From Felis catus (taxonomy: Eukaryota): a stretch of DNA of 64,000 nucleotides. Position 1 is the stretch's first letter. Every line of letters begins with the position of its first letter. Shown in pieces: positions 28,290-42,253 of this stretch. The notes under the pieces are model-generated. The model was not told where the DNA came from and did no database searches. It saw nothing but the letters and a program-made list of their open reading frames with translations. Location: assembly GCF_018350175.1 (NCBI RefSeq), contig NC_058368.1:188420001-188484000 (forward strand), written 5' to 3'. Both the position numbers and the translations under genes were made by a program.

Positions 28290-29080
28290 TATTCATCAGG
28301 ACTCTTTGCTGCATTTGACAAAAATTCAACTCAAACTAGCTAAGGGCAAAAGATAGCTAGTGGTGGCAGCAGGGATTATTAGAAGTTATTCATATGAAGA
28401 TTCAATAACCAAAGCAGTGCATAAAGATGGATCTCAAAGACCCCTGGAATCAGATAATTAAGTGCCACCAAGACCCTCTTTGCACCCCTCATTTCTGTTT
28501 CATTTTACAGGTCTACTTTATTCTTTTTTTAAATAGACCAGCCAGGGGGTGCCTGGGTAGGTCAGGCAGTTAAGCGTCTGACTTCAGCACAGGTCATGAT
28601 CTCATAGTTCCTGAGTTCAAGCCCCACATCGGGCTCTGCGCTGACAGGTCAGAACCTGGAGCCTGCTTCCCATTCTGTGTCTCTCTCTCTGCCCCTCCCC
28701 CACTTGTGTGCACATGTGCGCTCTCTCTCACTCTCTCTCAAAAATAAAAATAAATATAAATAAAATAAAATAAAATAAAATAAAATAAAATAAAATAAAA
28801 TAAAATAAGACCAGCCAGGAAGATGACCACCATAGCTCCAGGATCTCAGAATTCACAAAGCACAAACCCACAGAGGAACCAAGATTCGCTTTCTCTAGTA
28901 CCAAACTCAAAAATCCAACAAATGGAACTGATTAACTAATCTTTGGTCAGGTACCAATCACTGAACTCATCAACTGTGGCCATAAATTTGGCTATTTTCA
29001 TTGGCTCAGATCAGATCAAGTGCTTATTTCATGGCAATTAATACAATCTGGGAGAGAGGTCTTTTAAAAGATGGCAGCTC
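28290..29080. mobile_element. Old MLT1-type LTR carrying a CanSINE at 28546-28807 (+) with an (AAAAT)n tail
   Basis: TCAGGACTCTTT...CAACTCAAACTAGCTAAG motif; SINE TSD AGACCAGCCAG; LTR limits approximate. Confidence 0.6.
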
Positions 29081-31049
29081 CCACTCAAGTCACATGGAGT
29101 AGAGAAAGAAGCATTTCCCAGAAAAAGAGAAGATGAAGAAAGGTAACAGTTATGGCAGAAAAAAACACTAGATAATTACTATAGAAGATTTTAGGAAATC
29201 TGGATTATTAGGCAAATAAATGTTCTTCAAATCAATCAAGACTTCAAGACTCTTATCAAGTTCTACCTACTCCAGGAAGCCTTTACTCATAATTGTTGCC
29301 AATTATGAAACCCTTCCCTCACTAAGCTACCCATTATGTTTATGTGAAACATACCTCCCACTCAACTATATTTAATTCCTCATTTGAGTATATACTACAT
29401 TAAATTGCTTCCTAAAAAAACTATTTTAAATTTTGTCTCCTCCCCTTGATTGTTCCCTGATGATAGAAATCAGCTGATGTGGTCATAATGATTGGTGTTA
29501 ATTTATTACTGCTCCCAAGAAACATATTTGCATTTTAACTAGGGTCTACCACCAGCAAGGTCTTAGCCCAAAGGAGTGATAGCAAGGTTGGGAATGTTAA
29601 ACCTGTACAGCAGGACATCTCTGGCAGCCCAAACCAGAGTCCAAGTGCTATGAAATCAAATGTGACCCCTACTATATTCCTATATTTGTCATCATCATCG
29701 TCATCAGTTCTGGTCTGTTGATAGACTTACAGAAATTATGCATTTAGGATGTATTACTTGGAGGTGGGGAAGGGTGGGCAGCATTGCATTGATAAGACCA
29801 CGAACTCTGGAGTTGAGCAGACCTGAATTTGGTCTAAGTTCTGCTACCTAGTTACATGATTGAAGTCAAATTTCTTCATACCTATGAATATTAGTTTCCT
29901 CACTATAAAGTGGGTAGCACCTACTTTGGGGAGCTATTTCAAGGATTAAATAAGATGTCTAAAGCCCTTAGCCTTGCAGCTGTTACACAGGAAGTACTCA
30001 ATAAATGGTAGCATTTTGTTAAAGTTCTAAATCAAATAATATGTCCCATTCCCCCATAAACACATGTATTCATAAAACCACATGATGCAACATTCAGTTG
30101 CAGAGTGCAACAATTATATCTAAATTCTATGTGGAAAGGGCTACAGTCACAACAGTATATTCAAGCATATTCCTACATAAACTCTGTAAAATCTTCTGTC
30201 AACACATAGGACTGCAATACTTCCATAAAACTTTATTAAAGCTACTATTTTTTAATTAAGACTTCCTACAAAATCCCACACACAAACATGTATAAAAACA
30301 CAACTACCCCCGTCCCCGACCCTGGTGAGTAGCACGGACCCATAGCAGATTCTAAAAGGGTAAGAAACTAACCTTTCCTGGATTATGCTACTGAAAATAC
30401 GAGGTAGTTTTCTATTGTAGTATAACACAGCCTAACCTGAGTAATAAAGAATTTCTTAATTTTTTCCCCAGTGCCCTTGAAACTACCCTTCCAGAACTTC
30501 CTCTTCCCTGTGCTCTAGATCTTTACTTCCTGCTTTCTTCATCAAAACACACCTCTCCTATATCCTATGCCTTCAGTGACAACGAATTCTATATCAATTC
30601 ATGCTGACTTGCGAGTGGCTACAGAAGTGTGAAAATGTTATTCTTTCCAGGAAACAAACCTATGTTTTAACTAGAGCCAAATACAACAAAGCATCTTATC
30701 CCAAAGGAGTGTTAACACCACGGAAGTCCAAAGAGAAAGAAATTTGGGACATGAGATGGTCAGACATTTTATTACCATATTATGAAAAATGTCTCATAAT
30801 TTTCTATACTTCATAAAGAACTTTTTATTCATTATCTGATGGGCAACAATTCTTATTCCTATTATACAAATAAAGGAATGGGGTATTAGAAAGTTAAAAT
30901 TGCCTAAGGTCACATAGCTGATCAATGATAGGTTCAGAAATATTTACTCTAGATCTCCTAACTCCAAGCACAGGGTCCATTCATTCAGTGAATATTTGTA
31001 GATTATTTACTATATGCCAGACACTGTTCTAGAATTAATTAATTAATTT

Positions 31050-31290
31050 TTTTTTAATTTTTTTTTCAACGTTTATTTATTTTTGGGACAGAGAGAGACA
31101 GAGCATGAACGGGGGAGGGGCAGAGAGAGAGGGAGACACAGAATGGGAAACAGGCTCCAGGCTCTGAGCCATCAGCCCAGAGCCCGACGCGGGGCTCGAA
31201 CTCACGGACCGTGAGATGGTGACCTGGCTGAAGTTGATCGTGACCTGGCTGAAGTCGGACGCTTAACCGACTGCGCCACCTAGGCGCCCC
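31050..31290 (-). mobile_element. Young felid CanSINE (SINEC_Fc-type) in an L2 remnant
   Basis: CpGs retained; perfect 19-bp TSD AGAATTAATTAATTAATTT at 31031 and 31292. Confidence 0.95.
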
Positions 31291-31859
31291 CAGAATTAAT
31301 TAATTAATTTAAAAAATCTTGCTCTCATGGAGTTTACATTCGAGATAAGGAAGAAGGGAGGAACCAACAAATTTAAATTTATTTTGTGTCATTTGGCAAA
31401 GAGACATAATAAAGAAAGTAAATCAAGACAAAGGGGATAGAGTGTGCTAAGAGTGCTATTTTATGTAGGGTAGTCATAGAAGGCCTTTATGGAAAGGCAC
31501 ATCTCACAGAGACCTGAATGAAGGGAGGGAGCAAGTCATGTGTTTATCTGAAGTATAAACTTTCCAGAGACAGGAATCTGTCTGAAGCTTCTAAGGAACA
31601 GCAAGGGAGCAAATGTGGCTGGAGTAAGCTGGATATGGGAGTGAGCAGCAGCAGATGAAACCAATGAGGGAGTTGGGGCAGATCGTGGGGGGACAAATGT
31701 ACCAATGTAAGGATTTGGACTTTATCCTAAATGAAATAAGAAGGCTTTAGAACACTTTGAGCATAGGAGAGACTGAGCACTCTGATAGGAGCTAGTGATG
31801 TAACAATGGGTAACCAATGATGATTAATTTGGGAGCTCAAGCTAAGATCATGTGTATAG

Positions 31860-32890
31860 AAAAACCTACAATCTTAAAACTCATATATTAAAAAAGAGGA
31901 CAATCTGAAAAAAACAATGATTTATGCTTCTATCTCAAGAAGTTAGGCATGAAATAAACTAAACCTAAATAAAGTGGAAGAAAGAAAACAGTAAGAGCAG
32001 AAAGTAATTAAATAAAAAATTAATCCTTACTGAGACAAATCAAGTTCAAAAGGAAGGAACAAATACCCAAGAGCAGAAATGAAGAGGGGCATTACTATAG
32101 ATATTTTAAACACTGAAAATATCATAAGGGACAATATTAAAAACTGTACTTCTAAACTTCAAATTTTAGAGGAAATAGACAAATTCCTACAACAATGTAA
32201 CTTACCAGAACTGACATAAGAAGAAATAGAAAATTGAAACAATACTGTAAACATTAAATAAATTGAATACATAATTTAAAATATTTCCCCAAAGAAAACC
32301 ACAGGCCCAGATAGCATTACAGATGAGTTTTACCAAGTATTTAAAGAAGAAATTACGTCAGATTCTACAATAAATAAAATGGAACACTAACTGATTTGGG
32401 GGCCACCATAACCATGATATCAAAAATTGACAAGAATATTCTGAGGAAGGAAAATTACAGGCTAATATCACGCATGAACACTGATGCACTAAAGCCAGCA
32501 ATATATAAAGGACAATATATTATAACCAAGTAGTATATTATAGGAATTTAAGACTGAGTTAACATTTAGAAATCTATACCTGTTAATTATGACATTAAAA
32601 GGATAAAAATAAATATCATATTACTGTCTCAGGAAATGAAGATAAAGTGAGACTTTGAATAGGAGATAATTGTTCATTCATCATATTTTCCTTGCGGTAT
32701 CAGTTGTAATGCCTCCTCTTTCATTTCTAATTTTATTTGAGTCCCCTCGCTGTTTTTCCTAGTAAATCTAGCTAATGGTTTGTCTATTTTGTTTATCTTG
32801 TAAAAAAAAAAAAATTCATTGATCTTTTCTATTGTCTTTCTAGTCTGTATTTCATTTATTTCCACTCAACTCTTTTTTATTTCTTCTTTC
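31860..32890. mobile_element. Two old L1 ORF2 fragments (+ about 31860-32650; - about 32680-32890)
   Basis: GAAATAGACAAATTCCTA and CAGGCCCAGAT motifs; minus-strand ORF KINKIDKPLAR. Confidence 0.75.
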
Positions 32891-35800
32891 TGCTTCCGTT
32901 CAACGTCTGGCTTCCATTCAAATATGCAACCCTTTGAGATCTTGGTAGAACTTTGAGTTGTTCTTTAGTTTACCGCCACTGGAGTAAATCAATCATCAAT
33001 GGAAATTATGATACCTTTCATGGGAACCAGTGGATCATCTTGGCAGGGAGAGAGAGAAGATGTTACCTGGAAGTCGGTAGTTTCAAATATCCTCATCTAA
33101 GATGCCCCAGATCCAGGTCACTATAAATCTGCCAATGAGCCCCTCCCTGTAGCATGGTTCATCTCCTTCATCACATTTGTCTAGCAAGTCAAACTTGAAG
33201 TTCAATCATTTGATTCCCAAGGTAAACCCACTGAGTAAAAGGTGCCATGGGATAACTGTTCCCATTTTATTGTTGAGAAGACTGGGCCCACAGGAAATCA
33301 GAATTTGTAGAGCTAAGTAAAGATCCAAAGAGAGTTTGACAAAGTTCACTCAATGCATATTTTGTTTTTGCCACATCTAAATACCACCTGCACTATTCCA
33401 TTCCATTTTGTTTTGTTTTTTTTTTCTTAACGAGCACTTACTATTTTTACTTAAGTCAACTGATATTGAAAAGAAATTTTACTTCATTATCTTAAATATA
33501 AAAGCGATATAATTTGCCATGAATAGACTAATAGATACAACATAAAATGTTTTTAATTAGAAACTGTTGCCTCAAGAGCTTTGAAAAGTCCCAATGCCCA
33601 GGCTTTATCCCAGACCTATTAAACTAGAACTCTTTAGGGGATGAAGGATGCTGGCCCTAAGTAGTTTTCTAAAGTTCTCCCCAGGAAATAGCAATGTGAG
33701 CCAAGGATGAGACCCTCTGGAATGGATGGTATTGCCTGCTACAGCCTATGTGTCCAAGGCCTGCTCCTTGATCAAAAGAGACATCAACAAGTGATGGAAA
33801 GGTCTTAAAGACACACTAGCCCAAAACTGAATCTTCCTCATTGATGGCATCTAAGGGATGGAAAATTAAATTTGCAATGGGGGAACAAAGTGCTCATTTG
33901 GGATTTGTAACTATATAATGAGTTGTTCTCTTGCAGTCTAGAATCACCTCACAGGGCACTTGACCTTTGGAAAACACTGAACCAGAAGATCCCAGGTGGT
34001 CTGGTTTCTATTTCTGTGCCCTTTCTACTCCAACAGTCTGCTTTCCAGCCAAAGACTCCACCAAGATGATTCTGGAGAGTTCTTTCCCTTTGTGTGCCTC
34101 CAGGAGAAACTCCAAACACCTGAGTTTACATCACACTCTCAGACCTATCTTTCTATTTCAACATGAATATATCCAGTGGATCACAGCAGAAAATCTTAAA
34201 GCCACCACATCTCTGTGTCCTTTCATTTCCTCTTGAGAAGCCCCACATTTTCACCCAGGAATGTTTGGCCCTAGAGATGGCTTAAGTCAGCTTTTGCTCT
34301 TTTGGATCTTAAAAGGAAGTATCACCAGGGAAGAGAGAAATGGGAGAGATGGTGCAGAAAGCCACATGATTTTCAGGAGCGCTTCTGCTACTGGGTTTCT
34401 CTTTCTCCCCTCACCTCTAAGCACTCACAAGCACCCAAAGACAGCCTGTGCCGATTGAGAGAGGAGTCTAAAATGAAAGCTAGACTACTGAATAGAGATT
34501 CCTATCTCCAAGACATTGTTTCCTTTCCCAGCCTGGAGCATCACCATCAGTACTGGGCACCTGCCAGCCTGGACTCAAATTTGAAGACCTGCCCTGGAGG
34601 ACAGACAGCATGGCCCCAAGAAGAGACAGTTTAGCTCGCTAAACAGAAAGTTAAGCACAGTTCTGAACTCCACACTTCCTATATTTAAAACCTCCAATGC
34701 TGACACACTGTCTACTGCCAGACAGCCAGGCCATTTTACTGCCTTGTCAGCTGAATCCTTTTCCCCTGCTTCCCTTGGAGCCATGGATCCAGTGTTGGAG
34801 TCTCCTTCCTCATCTCCATTGCAAAGCTGGGCAGCTACTGCTGTGCCCATGGCCTAGAAAGTCCTTCCGCCCCATCCCTACCTGTCCAAAGCCTACCCAC
34901 CCTCAAGGCTGATTGCAAATATCTCCTCCTCCATGAAACTAAGGTGATTCCTCCAGTCAAACGACAATGGTAATAGAATTAATAATAATATCTAGCATTT
35001 ATTGAGTGATTGCTACAGGCAGGCACTAAGCTAAGAGCTCACAAGCATGACCTCGGCAAATCATGCATTACATAGGATCTCATTATCTCTGCCCTGCCAT
35101 TTTCTAACCCTATGACATTAGTTGAATTACTTTTTCTCTCTGTGCTTCATTTTCCTTAGACATCACTGGGGTTTATAAAATACCTTCTTCATAAGGTTAT
35201 TGTAAGAATAAAATCAGTTAATGCATATATAGCATGTGGCATAGAACCTGACACATGGTTTTTGCTCAGTAAGTAGTATTATTTCTTCTAAGAACTTTAC
35301 AATAAGTAAATACTAATGTATTAGTATTATCCTCATTTTACAGAAGAGGAAACCAAAGCACAGAGAGTTTGGGGTAAACAGCCCCCGTTCAGTGAAGAGC
35401 CAGAATTTTTCTTCTCTCTGATATTAACTGGGCTTTACTCACAGTGCTCAACCGCTCTTGTCAATTATTTGTGTATCTGTCTGCTGTCATCTTTCCAGCT
35501 TCCTTGCCCACTTTTTCTTCAGCGGACACTAAACTCAAGGGAACTATTTGGCATCTCTTGGACACTCGCCCCTGCATATTCTTACCTCATTGTCCCCTCC
35601 CCATCCCTTTTCTCCTGATCACAACGTAGCCCCTTCCTTCAAATCTATTGTGACTGTCTCCTGTTTCATGTAATCTGCCTTCATCCTCCCAGGTGGGCAT
35701 GCTCTCTCTGCCTCTTAAATTCCCCTGGCACTTCGAGTGGTCTTGGAGCACTTCTCTCATCCTGTCCTGTTTAACAGCCATCTGAGCACTTGGCTTATTT

Positions 35801-36234
35801 CCCCTGCTAAACTGTAAACTCCTCATGGAAAGGGATTCCCTCTCAACTAAATGATACACTATGCATTCAATAAGTACAATGGATGAGTGAATGGATGAAA
35901 CCATGAATGAATGGATGCACTTGTTTCAATGCTTCCTTGGAGAGGCTCTGTCTTCCTAGATGTGTTTGGTTGCCTGCATTGTACTAAAAGCACTTTTGTC
36001 CTGAGCACTTTGAAGAGAAGATAACTGTTATTTCATCACTTTTCACCTAGACCAAAGAGATATCAAGAGAAGTCATATTCGCTCTGATTCTTAGTGCAGA
36101 AATCTGAGCTTTATTATACCTTGGCAAGTTTTACACGCACCCTTTCCAGAAGTTGCAATCAGTCAGTGCAGTCAAATCCAACCCACAGACATGTTTGTTG
36201 TAGTGATTACAATATTGTTTTTTGAACTGAGTTT

Positions 36235-36980
36235 GAGGTATAGTCACTTTGAAAGACAGCTTGACAGCTTTTACAAGACTAAACATACTTTTACCATCCA
36301 ATCCAGCAATCACTGTCCTTGGTATTTACCCAAAGGAATTTAAAACTTATGTGCACACAAAAGTCTGCATATGGATGTTTATAGCAGGTTTATGTGTAAC
36401 TGGAAAAACTTGGAAGAAACAAAGATGTCTTACAGTAGGTGAATGAATAAATAAACTACAGTACATCCAGGCAGTGGAATATTATTTATCACCGAAAAGA
36501 AATGAGGATTAAGTCACGAGAAGGCACGAAAGAACATTACTAGGTGAAACAGGCCAATCTGAAAAGATTATACACTGTACAATTTCAACCATAGGACATT
36601 CTGGAAAAGGAAAAATTGTGAAGACAATAAAAGATCAGAGGTTACCAGGAATGGAGAGAAGAAGGATGAATAGGTGGGTGCAGAGGATTTTTAAGACTGA
36701 AAATAGTCTATATATCATAATGGATGTATGTCATCATACGTTTGTCCAAACCCACAGAATGCACAACACGAAAAGTGAATCATAATGTAAACTATGGACT
36801 TTGGGTGATAATGTCATGTCAGTGTAAGTTCATCAACTGAAACAAACTTACCACTCTGGTGGGGATGTTGATAATGGTGAGGCTGTACGTGTGAAGGTAG
36901 GGCAGATGGTATATGGGAATTCTTTGTACCTTCCCCTCCATATTGCTGTGAACCTTAAACTGCTCTAAAAAATAAAGGCC
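36235..36980 (+). mobile_element. Old L1 (L1MC-like) 3' end
   Basis: CCAGCAATCACTGTCCTTGGTATTTACCCAAAGG...TGTAAACTATGGACTTTGGGTGATAATG...AATAAA. Confidence 0.8.
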
Positions 36981-36982
36981 TT

Positions 36983-37175
36983 ATATTTTTTAATGTTTAT
37001 TTTTGAGAGAGTGCAAGTGAGGGACGGAGGGGCAAATGGGGGGGGGGGGCAGGGGATCTGAAATAGGCTCCATGCTGACAGCAGCAAGCTGGATGTGGGG
37101 CTCGAACTCAAGAGCTGTGAGGTCAAGACCTGAGCCAAAGTCAGACACTCAACCAACTGAGCCACCCAGGTGCCC
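36983..37175 (-). mobile_element. CanSINE
   Basis: Reverse SINE head at 37175; internal poly-G run. Confidence 0.88.
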
Positions 37176-39221
37176 AGGTCTTAACCTTTAAAAATGGAAC
37201 TTAAACTCATTTAGATGGTACATGACCACCCTAGTATTTTGATGTCTCCAATGCCATCCACACGTGGTACCCTTCCCTTGTTTACTTTTCATACCTGGCT
37301 CCTAAAAGCCCCAGAGTTTATCATCCCACAAGTGTAGCATAATAAGGGGCCTTTACTTCAAGCCTTGGCTCTAAAACTTTCCAATAGAACAATGAGAGAA
37401 TCTGAATAAAGATATGTTCATTTCAAATGCAATAATTCTGAGTGGATATAGAAGAAAATGAGGTATGAGCATCTGGAACTGTAATTGAGGACCGTTTGAC
37501 TGTGTTAGTTTTATGACCAAGGACGCTGAGAGTTCTTGTTGCCTTCAGAAGTGCCTGAGTATCCACTGGGAAATATTTTTATAATTTATTCATCAACCGC
37601 ACCAATTTTTGCCTGATAGTATTCTAAATACTGTAAGATTTAGAAGGGAAAGAGGCATCTTGACATGAAGAACCTTATAATCTATGTATATAGCCCTGGA
37701 GGATAACAGTCTTAAAATAATAAAAATAACTTACCAGGTACTGAGTGCCTGCTGTGAGCTAGGTTCTGTTAATAAAGCCTATGAGTCCTCTATACACAGT
37801 GTGTACCTCAATCTTCACAACAGCCCTTTGTGGTAAGCACTAGGAAAGGTATCCACATTTTAACATGAGAAAAGTACAGCGCAGGAAAATTGAGTACCTT
37901 TCCCAATGCCATATAGAAAATAAATCTGTGTTTAAGCATCTGGGCTCTTAGAGACTGTTACATTTAACTATGTCTTATACTCCACCTCAAAAGGTAGGAT
38001 GAGTTTACTTTAAATGAAATATGTAGAGAGAAAAGGTGGCTCCAGTTCAGGTCATCCAAGTTTAAAAGGATATATTACTGCTTCCCATCTCAACCCCCAA
38101 TAAAGTCATGCTTCTTCTGCATAAATTAACCACTGGCCCCACTCTCCATGTGGCATACCATGACAAAAGTCAGTAGATCCAGGAGGAAACTCACATGGCT
38201 ACACCATGCAGAGAGAACTCAGATCATTCAAGGTGATGATACAAATGCAACATTTCCAAGGCTAGGATTTCCCCACCAGGAAGTGACTCTCTGGTCAACT
38301 GCCAGATAGAACGAGATAGCCTAAAGTCAACCTAGGAGCCCTTCTTCATTCAGAGTGTATTTTTTCATGCCTAAAGTGTTGACCAATGAGAACACATCTT
38401 ATCTCTGAGTGATACTGTGTGTTCTCTGGCTGATTATCCTTACATCACAAAAATGATGTAAGGATATCTCTCAGTTCCCATGGGAACTGGTTTCATCAGT
38501 ATCCCAACCAACCTGGAAAATTTACATATGTGGTGTCATGCAGAAAGAGAAAGTTAAATTGCCTTAAAGTCAACTGGTTCTACTGACTACTATTCTTTGA
38601 GACAACATGGTATTTATATTGCAGCAAGGTTCTGGGGCATTCCAAAGACAGGTCTGCTCATCTGCTCACTAATCTTCACACTTTCTCTCACTCACCAAGA
38701 ATGGCATCCAGCTAAGGAAATAGATGAGAGCAACCAAAGAAATGTGCTGGTGGAGCCGGGGGTTAAATTTCTTCTTGGCATGTTCTATAACTGCCTTCTG
38801 GCAGGATGTTCCTGATTACAAAGCGCAAGGCCCCAAGGCTTAGCTAACTTAACTGCAGGTTCTGACAACCACCAACCCTTCAGAATCGGAGCATTCATTT
38901 CTTCATCAAGGGCTCCAAAATCGCTATTGCATATCACATACTCATTTCCTCTTTCTTCACCAGCACATGCTTTCATGCTATTGCTGAAGATCCATACGTG
39001 TTTCTCCTGCTTTTCCTCCTCTCCCCTATCAAAAGTAGTCAGACTGTGTTAGCACTCTGGGGTATCGCTAGAGGTTTAAGGACAAATAGGATACAGATTT
39101 CGGAAAGAGTAGCAAGTTTGCTTCTTGGAATTTTCACAGAAAATACTACTATGTACTCAAATACAGCTTTGGATTTAGCAGCAAAGGATGATATTGGTTC
39201 TATAATCTGAAATATCTAGTT

Positions 39222-39755
39222 CTGTGGTCCCCAACCTGTATACCAAATCCCCCCAGGGTACCATGTAAATTCACAGAAGTGCCGTGAGGTATTTGAAAAT
39301 CCCCAAAGGAAACACGGGATACGCAACATCTATTGAGCACTTCACTGACTCAGGACTGCTCAGTGTGTCAATACTAGAGCATGCCACATTCCTTTCAATG
39401 ACAGCATATCTTTGCAAAGCTATGTTTTCAGCAGTTACCATACTGTACCATAAGGAAATCCATGTGGAACAGGAAATGAAGGTGGCCGTGTCCAATCTGA
39501 CTCCACACACAGCCCATTAGTAACTGCATGACTTAAGAAGCAATAAAAATATTATGTTCTTCTTTCAATCTGTGCGTATTGTTGTTTTCAAATGACTACT
39601 AAAAAGTTGTCAGAACATAAAGACTTATCAAATTGTCTGGACCAACCTACTTAATAAATGAAACCATTAGGTATCTCTTTTGGCCTAAGGGTGCCATGAA
39701 AAAAGTCACTGAGGCACTCAGGGTTCTGTAAACTGAGAAGGTTTAGAAACCTCTG
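39222..39755 (+). mobile_element. hAT/Charlie DNA transposon remnant
   Basis: hAT-like termini CTGTGGTCCCCAACC / GGTTTAGAAACCTCTG; ORF 39284-39520 holds a decayed transposase C-terminus (TAYLCKAMFSAV...VEQEMKVAVSNL). Confidence 0.7.
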
Positions 39756-41999
39756 CTCTGGTCAGTAATGTTTTCCAGCTCCCAGGGACCTCATTTGTAC
39801 CGACCTGATTACAAAGCATATCTAGGTGTTGGTTTGGGTATTGTGGCTGCTTCAGCTCAGTGACTTTTCCACCTTTCAGTGCCAAAGGTACCCACGACAC
39901 AGGCCATCCTAACTAGTGCACGCAGCCCAGGGCCTGCTCAGCCTTGCAGGGCATTTCCCACAGCCCTCTGCTCTACTCACACTGGCCCTCTTTCCGCTCC
40001 TCAGACACACCCAGCGCTCTCTCATTATGGGGTCTTCTTACTTGCTTTTATCCTGTTCACTTTCATCTTAAATGCCACCTCGTCAGGAAGGCCTCCCCCG
40101 ACCTATTGCAGCCAGGTCTCTCTGTTATTCCATCTCTTCCACCTTTCATTTCCTTCATGGTATTTTGTCCCTCTGCATACACGTATTTACCTCCATGGGG
40201 GCAGAGTCTCTATTTGCTCACTGCTGTGTCTGAAAAACTTAGCACAGTGCCTAGGATATAATTGTCATTCAATAAATAACTGTGAGGCAGACCAATGCCC
40301 ACATTTTGACTCTGGCCCTGTCAAGCCCAAAGAATTCAAAAGGCTTTCCTGGAAAACAGCCCTTCACATAGAAACATGGGCCAACTGTATCAGTAGCCCT
40401 GGCACAGGTCTCTGGTCCAGGGTGGTATCTGAGATCATGAATCCCAGGTCTGCCCCTCCTTGCTGGTTGACACTCATTCTGTCTCTACCTCCAGGGTCTT
40501 TGCCTATAACAGGGTTGTTATGGGAATTAACAACCTGTCATTGGTGCTGTCACTGGTGCCTGGCAAGAAACAAATGCTCTAAATAAAAGTCAGCTGCCAT
40601 TATGAGGACAGCATTCAAGGACTCCCCATTGATGCTCACATATCATTCTTAGGGGAAGTTTCTGCCTCAGAAACTGATGGGTCCAAATGACTCTTGCTCA
40701 TTTTAAAATACATGGATCACTGCAAACAGTGATACATGGGCAGTTAATACCCAGACCCATCGGTTCCCCTTGCACAACTCATGATTGGAACCAAAAATAA
40801 TCTGTATGGAACTCTGACTATCCAGTTGGATGCCAGAAATGGAGAATGTTCACTGAATTACAGCTAATTTGTCTAGATGTGGCCTGCCCTAGGGCTCCAA
40901 ACACTGAGTGTATTTGCTTGATCCTCTCACCCCTCTGCTTGCTTCCTTTTAACCATCTTCTAGGCTTCTGTCCAGTGGTACCTGGGAGCTTCTAATCACA
41001 CGGCCATGTGGCTCCCCTCCTTGCAGGGGGAGGACACATGAGTGCCGTCTTCATCCATTCATACCGGATTGCCGCTGCATTCTCTTTCCTGAGCCTTCTG
41101 CCCACAGTCTCTCCTCACCTCACCTAATCATATCTGGATGCATCATTTTCAAAAACCACTGGAATCACATCCTTCTCCTCCCCTCCTATAGCTCACATAT
41201 CTGAAAAACAATTCTTCCTTTGGCCTCCTATATATGGCTTGGCTGAGGATAATGCCTTTCCTGCTAACCTGAGTAGCCCTCACTTCATAAACATAATATA
41301 GGGTGGCCTTGCGTGACAGATGGTACTGATGGACTTGAACACATGATGTTTCAATTTCAGCCTCTTGACTTACTAGCTACATTTTCTATGGCAAGTTAAC
41401 TTCACATCTATGAGCCTCAGTTCTCTCGTCTGTAAAGTGGGCAAGACAGTACCTGCCTCATAGTTTTGTTGAGTCCTGGATGGGAAAACACACAGGAAAC
41501 ATAGCATGGTACCTGGCAGACAGAAGCATACTCAAAAATGTTAGCTTTTATTGTTTCTCATACAAACTCAACTCCTCATTCTTCAAGTCTCAGCTTAGAC
41601 ATCACCTCTCCTGGGAAGCCTTCTGTGACCACCACCCCAATGACGAGTATGTTTGTAAAGCACCCTACCCTGATCATCATCGTAAGATGTATCACACCCC
41701 AGTGTCATTGCCTCTTGGCTCTTTGGTTGCCCCCTAGGATGCGTGAGAGCATCACTGCAGGGACAGCATTTCTACTACACTGCCATAGCATCTGGCATAA
41801 AGTAAGTGCTCAGTAACATGTAGTCCAATGAAAAGTAATTAAAGAAACAAACTACTAAAGACAAAATCATTATTAAAATTTTGCTATTACATGACCTAAT
41901 AATTGCTCCATCATAAGACCAGAAACTCGTCTGGCAACGAACCACATTCCTTTTTTATATTATTTAATTTTAATAAGAGTTACCATCTATTGACCCATC

Positions 42000-42253
42000 T
42001 TTTTTTCTTTTTTTAATTTTTTTAAACATTTATTAATTTTTGAGAGACAGAGAGAGACAAGAGTGTGCGCAGGGGAGGGGCAGAGAGAGAGAAGGAGAGA
42101 GAGAGACACAGAATCCGAAGCAGGCTCCAGGCTCTGAAATGTCAGCACAGAGCCTAACGCAGGGCTCAAACCCACAAACGATGAGATCATGACCCGAACT
42201 GACTGACGCTTAACTGTCAGACGCTTAACCGACTGAGCCACCCAGATGCCCCC
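42000..42253 (-). mobile_element. CanSINE
   Basis: Full body; short internal duplication GACGCTTAAC; TSD-like TTGA(C/T)CCA(T/C)CTT. Confidence 0.9.

Noticed and set aside
31860..32890. Adjacent + and - L1 fragments as a twin-priming inversion
   Set aside because: Both appear to cover the same part of ORF2, which fits two independent old insertions better
39879..40586. 235-aa ORF, the longest in the track
   Set aside because: Non-ATG start, overlaps L2/MIR-like remnants, no recognisable domain
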